Origin: the human T2T-CHM13v2.0 reference genome, Homo sapiens
Strand: one strand, 5' to 3'
Assembly (NCBI RefSeq): GCF_009914755.1
Contig: NC_060939.1
DNA: 64,000 nt
This document shows positions 39,611 through 52,883 of the stretch, in pieces. The translations under genes and the position numbers were made by a program. Numbering within the stretch: position 1 is the first letter of the stretch; the number at the start of each line of letters is the position of its first letter. Below the pieces are notes generated by a model. That model searched no databases. It saw only the letters and a program-made list of their open reading frames with translations, and was not told the origin of the DNA.

Positions 39611-41779
39611 CTGGAAAGCAAAATAGGTATCCAGAGCTGTGGCATTGTCAGGTGTTGGAGCAAAATGACTTCATGTATGGTTTGACTGCATTATGCAACT
39701 AAACTTACAAATGTTACAATCGCCTTCCACTAAAGGACAGGATTGATTGTATTGCACATTGTTCTTCTTCTTTTAATTTGTAACATCAATATATGTTTTA
39801 CTTTTTCCTCTCTAGCTACGAGAAGAAAGGATTTTAGTAACATTTTTTCTTATTCACTAGCCATTTCTGACTGGAAACAGAGTTTGTTATTTGGAGTGTT
39901 GGTAGTTTAATTTGGATCTTATGTCTCCATTGTATTGAATAGGTGTATCCTTGAGTCATTGTCTTTTAAATTGATTGTATAGGGTTCTAATCTCCATTAT
40001 TAATGGCAAATAAAGACTTAGTGAAAGCCATTCCTGCTTACTAAGCAAGGAGACTACAGCTACATGTATGTGCCAGGACTAGATAAATCAGAATTATTTT
40101 TATTTTTCAAGCGTCATATCAGGGCAACAAAGTCCTACATGAAAGGCTTTCCCTCACTCTCTCCACCAAGACTGTCAGAAAAATGGAGCTGAAATAGCTA
40201 ATGCTGCTATTAAGAGGGTTGCAGCATCAAGAGGTGAGCAGAGGGAACTTCAAAAGCTGGAGCAGCTGTGGGCCTAGAAGCATTTGCTAGAAAACCCGGG
40301 CTCCAAGTCTCATTTTCTCTCCTTTGAAGAGTTATAATTAGGGGAAAAAATCAAGCATGTTTGATAAGACCTCTACCAAAGAAAATTATGGGAGGCAAAG
40401 ATGAAAAGGAACATGTCCTGATTGTGCTGTTATTTAAAATCCCCAAACAGTAAGAATATCATTGTAATCACTGATGCTGGAAAGGTTCATCAGAGATGAT
40501 TCCTGGGGGTAATTGACCGAACTTGGAGGCTGACATGGACCAAGTGTATGCTCTTCCCAAAGGAAAATGGACCAGGTACTTATGGGAGATTACATTCCAA
40601 ATTTAAAGAAACAAAGTTCAAAAGTAGCTGAAGATAAGCTTGGTGTCAAATAATCTAAACAATTACAGTTTTTGTACTAGGAGATTAATACAGTAATACC
40701 AGAGTTTGTGAAATCTTTAATCTCTGAAGTCTAACAGTGTTAGTTATGTGTGCTCTACTTTTTCCTAAAATCATTTTGCCACCCCAAATGTCACTTGGTA
40801 GATTACTCTAGAAATAAGTCAGTTTAATGCCCCAAATCCCCCAGAAAACAAGAAAACAAAAAGGTAAGTATTGAATAAATAAAAGCAAATATGCAGTCAA
40901 CAATTACCACACGCCCCTGTGGAGACAACCATTACTATATTGAACCTGGTCCTACACAAAATTCATAAAGTATAATATACTTTCAAATAATTACATACAT
41001 CATTTTTAAAGAAGTTCTTGATTGAAAACCATTTTTGTATGTATGATACTTAATCCTTATCTTCTGTTGCAGCCAATAATATCTTTGAAGGGCAACTTGT
41101 AGAGACATAAATTGATTTGATTTGATCCAATATCTGTCCAAAAAAATCTTAAATACAAAATAAGCTTTAAAAGTGCTATTAAATTAGGGTATTTTTCCCA
41201 ATAAATAGACAGAAAATTACAAATAATTAAATCACAAATTTTCTGATTTATTTCATGTTTTTTTTTTTCGAGTTTGACAAGGAGTATTTGAGAAATACTG
41301 CAGCCTTACTGAAAATAGCCTGAAGTTAAAAGCTGTTTCAAGATAAAACAAGGTGTTTTGGGTTAAATATATGTTTTCAAAATACTCTTGTGTTGAAAAA
41401 TGCCCAATCCTATTAGACTGCGGTGCCTTGCTAGATAAATGTGTATTAATTGTTTGACTGTCAAATATGCTCTTTTGAAGAGTTGACTATATGAGCTAGA
41501 AAACAGAGCTTTCAGAAATCTTCCTTCTCCACAGGCCTGTGAGTTCTCTCATCACCAGCTTTTCTCATCATCCCCAGTGGCCTCATAGGCCACGCCCCCT
41601 TGGGATCCTTCAGATAAGGAAAGCAGCAGGCTAAGGAGCCATGCTCACAGAAAAACGTGACCTTATTTTTGCTCATTGGAAAGATATTATAGCACTTTCA
41701 ACTCTAACACTAAGCCAAATTTAGACCTCCTTTTGCCACATGACTTTAAATTAGCATCCTGGATATAATACCTTCTTCT

Positions 41780-42500
41780 TCTGTTAGAAAAATATTTTAG
41801 TAGCTCATAGAAAATAATAATTTGAATTAAAGCAGTAGCAACAGAGAAGGAGAAAAATGGAAAGATAGAATATATATTTTGGTAATGGAAATCAACAGTA
41901 CTTTTTGGATTGAAAGTCAAGAAGATGAGAAAGGGAGGAATTAAGAATGATTAGACTTCTGGCTTGAATGAATGCTTGGATGGTGGTGCTTATGGCACAT
42001 ATAGTGAAGATGAGGGGACAGGAGTGATTGAGTGGTGGGATGGATGATGAGAGTTCTGTTTGTATACATATTAATGATGAGGTTTCTGTTTGTATACATA
42101 TTAATGATGAGGTTTCTGACACATTCAAATGATATGGCACATGTGTGGATACACATTCAAGTGTGTAGCCCAAAGGGAAAACAGAAACTTCATATGTGGT
42201 CAAGAAAAGCTACTTTCAACATGGAAAAGGGAAAGGATAGACCATGTTCTACTTTTGATGAGGTTTTTAAGGACAGGGGGAGAGACTGTCTAATCATCCA
42301 GAGTGACAGGCAAAGGACACAGCTGCTCAGCATTTGAGAAGATCATAGGAAGAAGTTAGACCAAGTGGAACACATCCTGTACTGTGTCACAGGAAAGAAG
42401 ATGGATACATGTGCAGGGAGGACTGATTGTAAGATTGAATGATGGTGATGACAGTTTCTTTTTACTCAGTACATGGTACAAAGTGGGTAGGGATATGAAG
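41780..42500. mobile_element. L2 fragment containing a 30-bp tandem duplication
   Basis: L2-like gaagatgagaaagggaggaattaagaatga...ttctggcttg...gagacattcaaat-type motifs. Confidence 0.55.
42044..42118. repeat. 30-bp tandem repeat, ~2.5 copies
   Basis: Unit ttctgtttgtatacatattaatgatgaggt. Confidence 0.9.
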
Positions 42501-43818
42501 ATTTGGGAATAGAGAATAAACTATGAAATAATCACACCAAAGTGGAAAAATAAGCTTACCAGGAAATCACAGAATTGCCATGCAATGTTGACCGACTTTT
42601 GAACTTGAATTTGAAGTAAAGCCAATTTGATTAGGGATGGCAGAGACATAGTGAACAGGTGAGTTTACTTGTGACACAAACATTTTAATAAATGTGTTCA
42701 CGAGCAAATAGGCAATTATGAAGTCCCATCTTCTGAATTTATTTATGTCATCATTTGCAGTGTTCCATATTTCCTATAATGTGTGTGTTTCCATTCATCT
42801 ACTATGACTGTTTCATTAAGGTAATTATTAGCTGATTAACTTATGAATTTATGAAGCTCATATAACATAATCGGTGTTAGGGTTACAAGAAAATATATGG
42901 TTCTCAGTAAATATATGTTGATATGCTGTGCACAGAACTTAAAAATTTTAATCATTTTGGTTCATCTGGGAAAGGTCACTTAAAACTTTAGGAATCAAAT
43001 TTTGACTCTTTAAAAACATAATAACTAATAAGGATTCTATACGTACATACAAAGTCAAATGCCTGCTACATTAACTCTGTTTAAATACTAATGTTCTGCT
43101 ACTTGATTGATACCTTATTTTACATGTTATGTCAGTTACATTATCAATCTGAATTTTATAGCATATTTATGCTAGTACAAATTTTAAACAAATATCTGAG
43201 ATCAGGACTTTTCCCCCTTTTCTTTTAAGAAGTAACTAATATCTGCTCCTATTTCTAAATCAGACATTGGATGATTCTCTTCCATCATGCAGACTGCATG
43301 GAAAAGCCTTGAATTAATAGTAAGAATTCTTTGCTATTGAATTCTAAACACATAAATAAATAAAGTTAGGATGTAAAGTCTTTTGTTTAATCAAAGTTAA
43401 AGGTAGAAATATCACACTGAATAACCTTGCTCTTCAGAAAAGTATGTCTCTCACATTCTGATAATAAATGAAGATCAAGAAAAACAAATCTGATTTCTGC
43501 AAACCAAAGCCAGAAATGTACTATGAGGATGAGGAAAAGGGTTATTTCTGACTTGATTTGGGAGTTTTAGAAATCTCAAGCCAACTAACTTGCAGGAAAC
43601 CCCACACTTTCTAATGAGTGCCTTTGATCTACTAAGTGACATCTTTTTTTTTTTTTTTTTTTTTTTAATCTTTGGAGTGATTTATTACACTGACACATAA
43701 GGAAGTCACCCTCTTTCTCCAGGTTGCCTCCTCACGTCTTCCCTATCAGGATCTCCTTCCACACTTAGTGCTCAGTGGAAGGTCCAGGTGGCTGAGGGTG
43801 GCAGTAGCTAGAGAGTAG

Positions 43819-44684
43819 TGATAGGGACAGGAGGCAGGGAAATTCTGGGCGGAAGAGGGCAGGTCCCCGGCAAAGGCTCCACCCTCAAACCTGGAACCGC
43901 AGCCTAAAGTGAGAACATTTAGCATTGCCTGTTTCACTGCTAGAATGTTGCGTTTTCCAAAACCACCCATGGCCCACCTTGCCCCCAATTCTGCGCATAT
44001 AAAAACTCCAGGCTTCGCCTGCAGAGAAGAGGAGAAGCGGCGGGACCTCAGAGACTATGGATGGACCTTGGAGAGAAGCAGCTTGACTCCAGAGGGACAG
44101 CTTGACAGCGTTGCTTCATAGAGGAGTCTGGCCGTTCCCAGCCAGACTCTGGGGGAAGATTATCTTCCCACTCTATCCCCTTTCCAGCTCCCCTTTCATC
44201 AGCAATAAAATCATCTGTGTCACCACCCTTCAATTCATTCGTGCAACCTGATTTTTCTTGGACGCTGAACAAGAGCTCAGGTGCCACGGGTGCAGATACT
44301 AAAGGCTGTCACACTGATTCTCTGCCCTCGCTGGTGGAGAGCAACCGCCTCATGCAAAAAGGCAGAGGGCCCACTGAGGTGTTTTACACTTAAGCTGTCC
44401 ATGGATGGCAAAGCTAAAAGAGCACTGTCACACACGCCCTCTGGGGCTTCCGGGCTCGCAGGTGCTCCCCCTAGCCGCACAGAGTTTTGCTCCTGCCAGT
44501 GCCCAAAAGCACTTGCCCTGGCTCCTGCACCCACTCACCCATGCTCCCCCCTCCTGCAAGGGGTTGAACGCAATGGGACAGAGTGAGTGGAGTCTTCTGC
44601 CGGCATCCAAGTGGCTGGCTACTTCTAGCACCTGTGCACTCCAGTTCCCACCTGCCAAGGGGTCAGGGAAATTTTCCTGCTTCA
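43819..44684 (+). mobile_element. Solo ERV1 LTR (LTR1/LTR27/LTR28 group)
   Basis: TG...CA termini; 4-bp TSD gtag at 43815-43818 and 44685-44688; TATA box 43998-44005; AATAAA 44204-44209. Confidence 0.88.
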
Positions 44685-45576
44685 GTAGGAATATGAACAC
44701 CGAGCCCTGTCAAAAGGGTACATGAGTTGTTTTACTTTAGAAATAGATGAAAAACATGTAGATTTCACTAACTATTTTTGACTACTTGCAGAAATTGAAA
44801 GTTAAAAATATGCTCAGCATTTTAGAGGTTTTGCATTGCAATGAAGATACGTGAAGGTAGGTGCATACTGCTGGCCCTCATGGCTTTAAGCAAAGTAGAT
44901 ACAAGATAAGCATACTTAAAAACAAACAACCTGAAGCAGATTAACAATATTTGGCCGTGCAGAAGAGAGTGTGGGAAGCATTACCATGAGACTGTAATTT
45001 CGTAGCTTTTATCTGACCAGATAGACAGCTCTGCTGGTTGAAAATTTGGTGCTCATAAGTCCACAAACCAACCTTACCCTGCCTAGGTCTTTGAAGTAGA
45101 GCATTGCTCATGTTTTGCAGATTATGTTTTTATCACTGTTAAAACTCAGGTTAAGTCCCAAATCCTTTGACCAATAATAATGTATTCTAATTATTAAGCA
45201 CCTATACCAGGTACCCTGCAAAGTGTTTCCCAGTCATTGCTATTACTTTTTGAAACTAATCTGAAATAGAGTTATCATCATCTATTAGAAATGAGACAAA
45301 TAACTTTCAAGGAGAATGAGTAACTAGCCTAATATCATATGGTTAGTGAGCTGCAACTTAAATCTGGATCTATGGTACCCCATTATCACTCTTCTCAGAC
45401 CCCATAACCCCTTCTTCATAGGGAGATGAGGATGACATAAATTTGTTTATCTGAAGAGATTCTGCTAGGGAAAAGCAAGAAATGTGACTATTAAGCTCTT
45501 TGTTCTTGCCATCTAAACTCTTCTCAGGGCCCTGTAGAAAGTTAATGGCTATTCCATGGGAAACCAAGAATATATT

Positions 45577-46175
45577 TGTGGCAGGCAATTTGTTGCCTAT
45601 TTAGTAGCTACTTCTTATCTTCTATGAGAACTTAAAATCCTGTTGGTCTAAGCATGGTAACCCCATTTCTCTTTACTGTGATTGATTTAAGGACGGGCAT
45701 GTGACAGAGTTCTGGCCAACAGGATTTCAGGAACAGAGAAGTTGCTTTGGGGAAGGATTCTGCTTCCTAATAAACGAAGGTGCTGGCAAAGATATTGACA
45801 TCTAGCTTCCTTGAACGTGGGAGAATGTGACGTTTGGAGCTGCATCAATCATCTTGTGACCTTAAAGAGACAAGCCTGAGGATAAGAAGACATGGAGGAG
45901 GGCAGAGCGAAGGCCAGGAGGAAGCCTGGATCCTGACCATACGGCTGAGCTACAGATCAGTTTCTAAGGCCAGACTTCTGGCTATGTTAGGGATTGATTG
46001 AGTTATCACCCAAACCAGGATCCTTTTCAGAATGGAAGTGGGTACTATCAGAAATAGCACAAATACAAACATGGCACAGTGGGACATGTGGTCAGCCCTA
46101 TGTGAGGTCTCGGAGTGTTATTATTGCTGTCACAAATATTCTACTACTTGCAACCCAAATCAGTCCTAGCTTATA
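45577..46175 (+). mobile_element. Old MLT1 (H/I/J-like) LTR
   Basis: gggcatgtgacagagttctggccaa, catcttgtgacc, ctacttgcaacccaaa motifs. Confidence 0.6.
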
Positions 46176-46313
46176 TATATATAATATATAAATTATATAT
46201 TTTAATTATCTATTTATAGCATACATATGGCTAAAATATGTATAATAAATATGCAATAAAATGTATATAATAACATAAATGCATTTATACATGTATATGT
46301 ATGTGTGTGTATA

Positions 46314-46344
<31 letters not shown>

Positions 46345-46345
46345 G
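46171..46345. repeat. AT-rich/(TA)(TG) low-complexity tract
   Basis: Direct read. Confidence 0.85.
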
Positions 46346-47224
46346 CCAGAAAGCAAACAGATAAGACTTTCTGTTTGCTTTCCTAACTCATTTTCCCTTC
46401 TCTCACTCTCCCATTTACCATCGCTTGTCATCTCACATACACACACGAAACTATGCTGTTTCTTCTCTTCGCCTTTGAAAAGAATTTGAGTTGGCCAAAC
46501 TTTGAGTTGGTTCTTCTGCCTGCTACATTTTTCTCATTCTCTTCGCTCTTAATTCTTAAGTCATTTCTCTCCCCAGAAGACATTACTGATGCATCCCTTC
46601 CTTAAGAATTCTTCTAGTCACGGTATAGCCCTTCTCACATTGCTACATTTATTTTCCCTCTTCTTACATCATATTTTGTAGTTACCTGTTTTTCTGACTC
46701 TCTTTACCACCAGTCTATAAACTCACTAAGGACAGGGAGCAGGGAGCTTGTATTCCCCAAATCCTAGCCCAGTATTGTCTTACATCATGCACTCACTAAT
46801 TATATTCCTAATTAAATCGTTAATGATTAAATGACCAGAACATAATTATAAAGGAGTGATTGTACAAATTGTTCTTTCTTATGCTCAAGAATGAAACATA
46901 AACATTGAGAGGAAACAAGATAACACACAAAATTTATATGAAAAACAAGGCTACACATATCTTCAGAGGAGTGGTACAAATCATAAATATCATGGGAACT
47001 GAGAGAAAGGGAATACCTTCAGAGAGTGGTCAATTACAAAGTTTTAAAACAATTAAGTAAAGATGGGCAGGAGGACTTCGCAAACAAGAGGCATGAGTTT
47101 TTGTGAGTGGTAGTGTGGAAGCAGGTCACTCAGGACACAGAAAACTAGGAGAGAGCCAGGTTTGCTTGACAGGTGAGTGGGGTAAGTATATAAACTTTAA
47201 GAAATAAACATAATTTTAAAATAT

Positions 47225-47730
47225 ATTCATTAGAAAGTTATTGAGTATCTCAAATATGCCAGGCACTTTTGTAGGAATGGTGGTACAGCAATGAATAAAG
47301 ACAGGGAGAGAGAGAGGGAAACAGAGCCCCTATTCTCTATATTGTAGTGGGGCAGTAAATATAACTAAATCACATGGTCTGAAAAAAGTGAAAAGTGCTA
47401 CAGAGAACAGCAGGATAGGGGAGATGAGGAGAGCTTTTAGGTAGGGACATAGCATGACATTTTAAGTAGGACAGAAAGCAACATTGGAGCACAGATTTGA
47501 AAAGGTGGAGGACAGAGTCACATATAGAGTACATTAGGCTGAGGAAATAATAGAATGTGCAAAGGCCCTGAGGCAGGAGCACAGCTGCCACATTTCCATT
47601 ATAACAAGAAGGTCAGAGCAGTTCAGTGGATGGATGTAGAGAGAATGGTAGGAGATGAAGGCAGAAAAGTAATGAGAGGAAGACTGAGGCTTTGTGGGCC
47701 ATTTTAAGGACTAAAACTTTCATCTTGAAA
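47225..47730. mobile_element. L2 fragment
   Basis: ttattgagtatc...tatgccaggcact...tgtgcaaaggccctgaggcaggag...gtgggccattttaaggact. Confidence 0.75.
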
Positions 47731-48469
47731 TCATGTTAATAAGGGACAATAAGAAAAAGAAAGGAAAATTAGCACTGAGTACCTGCTATGTGTCTAAGCT
47801 CTACTAGGGTCTTTAAGTCACAAAGATGTTAGAATACAGAAACTGTACAAAAGAACCACACAATGGAGTTGAAAAGATAAGTATCCTCATGTAAGGAAAT
47901 TGGAACTACAGATTTTCTACTTATATGTTACCAGCAAACCTCTCATCTTTTTATTCAAGTGGCATTTATGCATGACTTTCAAATATAGTATTAATATAAG
48001 AGGAGACGTCCTGATGAATGTGATGACCTGAGACCCAGGTATGACCAAAGTGCCTATTTACCTCTTCAGTGGAAGAGGAACATTATCTATAAAGTGAATA
48101 ATAATAAACATTGACTTACAGAATGACAGTAGATAATGAAGTGCCAATTATGTGCTATGATCAGTGTAAAACACTTAGAGAAGCAAAAGAAGGAGTAAAG
48201 AAGAGTCACAGAGAAGGCGTTCGAAAGGAGGTGAATTTTTCCAGGGATCCATTGAAGGATGACCCTGCCGTGGACAGAATATCAGATAAGGAGATACTCA
48301 TGAGCAATAGCTAAATGAGGTGTGTAATCTTCAAGGGTCTTTGTTGAATGAGAAGGGGCTGGGCAAAACAGAGAAGTGGTTGGTAGAGCCACACCAACAG
48401 GGAGAGTGCATTGAATTTTATACTGATGTTAGAGCTAGAAGGACAGAAAGTGAGATGGCTCACTTTGGC

Positions 48470-48850
48470 AGTTAGTATTAATTTCGTTTCAAGTAACAAA
48501 AACCAACCTGGCTTAGTCAACAAATAGATTTGCTTTAATTACATTACTAAAGAGTTCTAAGGAACATGTTCCAGGAATGGCTATTGTCAAGTCACCAAGA
48601 AAGCTAAGATTCCATCTCTGTCACTAGATTCTGCCTTCTTTCATGCTGGCTTCATTCTTGGTCCAGGGACCCTCCCATTGGGCAAAACCAACAGCATCAA
48701 TCTGACATATTATCAAATCAGTAAGGTTATGGAAAGGGAGCCCGTTTTTTGCCCCTTGCCAATTGTTTACTCAGAAATCTAATGATTAACTTTAATTGGA
48801 CCAATGATAAAGCGTCTCTAGCCCTAATCACCACGTGGCCAGGACAGAAT
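48470..48850 (-). mobile_element. Old MLT1 (K/L-like) LTR fragment
   Basis: tttcaagtaacaaaaaccaacctggcttag...gctggcttcattct...ccctaatcaccacgtggccagg. Confidence 0.5.
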
Positions 48851-50131
48851 CAAACCCTAAAATCCAGGTCAGCTGAGTAGCAAGACCAGCAAGACCAGAA
48901 CCTGTCCCTCACCTCCAGGTCTGAAATTGGACTGATAAGGAGCAAAATATGAAGTGCTCTTACCCAACATTGCCCATCAAATAAATGACTTTTCTGAATT
49001 TTCAAATGGCTATTACACACCATTCCAAACAAATTACTTTATGAACCTTTTAACTTTCTTAGTAACTCATTCTGCACATCCTTCCTGTATAGTTTTTTTT
49101 TTTAAATAAAATTATAACAGCATAGGACTAAATTTTCTTTTCAAGTATAGTAATAAATGTTAAATACAATGGCCTTGGTAGCTATAGAAACATACCATCA
49201 AGGGGCAGAAGAAAGAGTAATGTTTCATCTCCTGAATTATTTAAAAGGTGGATTTTATCAAGTTTCATGCTGCCATGTTTTTAATTATATCTTTATGAAC
49301 TCAACCTATCTTTTGCAAGCTCATCAGTAAAGTTCTACTAAGCTCCCCTGGCTTACCAAGTTCAAAGCTACACTCCAGGTCGATTTTGTTTAAAGTCTAC
49401 TGACAGCATGCAGTGGGGAAACATTAAGTACCACTTAAATCTGTTATTGAATACCTCATCAGGAATATACTGGAAGAATCCTCTAACTCTGACCTCATTG
49501 GGATCCATTACAAACTCCCCTTTGGCAGCACCTCCACACAGGTGCCTAGCTGTAAGATTTTAAAAAATCTTTGGTATGAAAGTAGAAAGCAAGCTTCAAG
49601 GAACTTCAAGGGGACTTCTAGGACAGAATGCTGCTATGAAATGCTATTAATATTGGAGGACTGATATTTGATAAGAGGTCAGTTTTAGCAAAGATTTAAG
49701 TGCCAAAGTGGTAACTCCTCTAGATACGGTAAAGAAGAAATACTACAAGAAAAACTCTATATGGAATATTTAATGTTCATTAACAGATCCTAAGTAGGTT
49801 CCCCACTTTTAACAAGCATTCTAATACACTCAATTCTTTCCAGCAGAAGTTGTAACCAAAGACTCAAATAAGTTCCCTGTCCCATGCTGTGGTTAGGAGC
49901 TTGAGCTATGTTTATGTATATGCCTAGCCTTAAATTCCAGTTGAATCAGGGAACTTTGTTCAGCTCTCTAACTCTCACTTTTCTGATCAGCAAAATGGGA
50001 TTAAAATAATGCCTAGCCTGAAGGGTGATTGCAAGCATTGAATGAGAAAATATAATTAAAACATACAGCACAGACCCTGATGTTTCTCAAGCTCTCACTA
50101 AATCAAAGTGACATTAAAGAAATGAGAAAAC

Positions 50132-50656
50132 TACCCAAAGGATTAGAAATGGTTCTACCATAAAGACACATGCACACATATGTTTATTACAGCACTATTT
50201 ACAAAGGCAAGGACTTGGAACCAATTCAAATGTCCATCAATGATAGACTGGATAAAGAAAAGGTGGTACACATACACCATGGGATACTATGCAGCCATAA
50301 AAAAGAATGAGTTCATGTCCTTTGCAGGGACATGGATGAAGCTGGAAACCATCATCCTCAGCAAGCTAACACAGGAACAGAAAACCAAACACCACATGTT
50401 CTCACTCATAAGTGGGAGTTGAATATGAGAACACATGGACACAGGGAGGGGGACATCACACACCAGGGCCTGTCAGGGGGTTGGGGGCAAGGGAAGGGAG
50501 AGCATTAGGACAAATACCTAATGCATGTGGGGCTTAAAATCTAGATGACAGATTGATAGGTGAAGCAAACCACCATGGCACACGTATACCTATGTAATAA
50601 ACCTGCGCAATCAGCACATGTATCCCAGAACTTAAAGTAAAATAAAAGAAAAAAAA
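50132..50656 (+). mobile_element. 5'-truncated older L1PA 3' end (~L1PA7-10)
   Basis: ORF2 C-terminus (HHMFSLISGS), 3'UTR aatgcatgtggggcttaaaatctagatgac, A-tail. Confidence 0.9.
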
Positions 50657-52836
50657 GAGAAATTTAAGACTGGAAATAGGTTCCAAGATTGTTATATATA
50701 AAATGTTTGCAGGTGACATTTCTTCCTTAGGAGATGTGTAGCTTACTAAATGACTTCTTGGGAGAAAGAGATTCTTGTCTCTTGGTATGTGCTGACTCAA
50801 ACACAGCCAATGTAATATTTCTTCTTTATTAATGTCTCTGTTTCTTTCATTTCCCCTTCTGGATATTCAAGGATTATTTTATCTTAAGGCCTGCAAAATT
50901 TTAATTTTGATCACAACTATATACCATCTCTTATCATTTTAGTAGCTATTTTTACTCTGCAGGGAAACTGGAGCAACTTTCCTATTGGGAGGAGCATATT
51001 GGCAGTAACTAGTCTACAAATTACACTATAAAACATTATTTCCTGTGACGGCACTTGTGTGTGTAAAAGTATTGATTACCCTAAGTCAATCTATGTAACC
51101 CACATAAACAATACTGAAAACAGCAGGCAACAGGATAAGGAGCTATAGTGAATAAGGGAAAAGAAAAAAGTAGTTTCAAGATGGGCAGCTAAAAAAGAAA
51201 TGGATTGATGTTTTATTTTATGCTAGTCTATTTATTTTATGCTAGTTTATTTTATGCTGTCTTTTTGAAAAATGTATAATCAATAGACCTTATGGGAGTC
51301 TTTTCAGGCTGGAGGTGTTAATATATACTTGCTCAATGTGCTTCAGACTTTTTCATCAGTACAATCCCAAAAAAACATTCACTCCATGGAGCCTGGAAGT
51401 ACTGAAAAAGATGGATGTAACAATATATGGTACTTTCTTACTGAATCATCACTTTGTTTAGGAGTATCAATGTGCTTCTCATGTACTCCAGCTTTTTGGA
51501 TAATATTTTATATGGGGAACCAACACTGCTTATATTATCAAGAAATTAAAGAGTTATTATGGACTATAGTGGTTTATGTCCATTATGTTTCTTACAAAGA
51601 GATATTGGGCCATTGTTATTATCAGAAAAAGAAAATATCAATTGTGATAAATACATGTAAATTATAAATCATTGATAATAATTTTAAGACTTAATACATA
51701 GATATATCTTGTGATGATGCTGTTAACAAAGTAATACCTAGCATATTTCACATTCTGGAGCCTGAGGACTTATAGACATGGGAAAGCAACTCATACCAAA
51801 TTGTTTCACACGTGTGAAAATTCTGCTAGCTGAAAGCAATAGCTTCACAATCAGACAGAAGAAACAACACCCCAACATAAAACTTCTGGCCTGGAATTAC
51901 TCTGTAAACCAAATTCAGCTTGTCACTATGGTCTCGTTCACAAACAGGTCTTTCCCCTAAATGGTTGATACTCAGAGGCCAGCATTTGAAATCTGCTACA
52001 TGCTTTTGGCTCACACCCAAGCACACTCTTTCATCAATAGGCAGAATTCATTCCAATGAATTTTCCACATCCAAGTAAAATAAAGGTGAGAAAATACAAA
52101 AAGGCCAAGGATTGAAAGAAAAGAAACGCTATCCCAGAGAATAGTTTCATAATTATAATCGCTCGCTTTAATCACTGTGATTGTTTAATATATTATGAAC
52201 ACAGAGCTATACAGAAAATAATTGTCTTATCAGTCACCATCTCTTTGTTACAACCAGTGCTCATTTGGGATTTAGCATCAGATAGCTCCATTCCCCACAC
52301 CTCCCTCACATATCAAGTGGCCTTAATTATGTGGGCAGTCAGACTCTCTCTGGAGACAAAGATGGGGATGACTAAACATCAGGTAAGAGGAGACATGCTC
52401 GCTCCTTCCTTCTTTGTTTCTGCTCAATCCCCTGTAGCTAAAGCCGCATATGTAGCTTTCCCCATCTTTGAACACTTTAAATGTGAAACGAGTAATTTAG
52501 CTGAAAAATTTCAGTTATTTTTTTTGCATGCTTCATATGCTGGGTTAAAACCATTAGCATATAACAAAAATCTGAGCAGATGCAATGCAACAGATTCCTT
52601 AAGGGAATCCATATTTTTACATATTTTGTAATAAGGAAACTGTCACTCCCAGATGGTATCGAGCTAATACTGGTGGTTTGCTTGCTGATAACATACTAAA
52701 AAATAAAATTAATTGTATTCTATTTGATGACAATGAAGTCATTATCATATATACCGCACTCTTAAAGGAAACAGATCCAAAAGATCCTCTTCCTAAATGA
52801 TTAGCTTTATTTAGTTTCTTGGCCTGGCCAGGAAAA

Positions 52837-52839
52837 AAA

Positions 52840-52882
<43 letters not shown>

Positions 52883-52883
52883 A
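52837..52883. repeat. (AAAT)n microsatellite, ~11 units
   Basis: Direct read. Confidence 0.95.

Noticed and set aside
43746-44725. Cluster of overlapping 70-106-aa ORFs
   Set aside because: They fall within the GC-rich solo LTR and show no gag/pol/env motifs.
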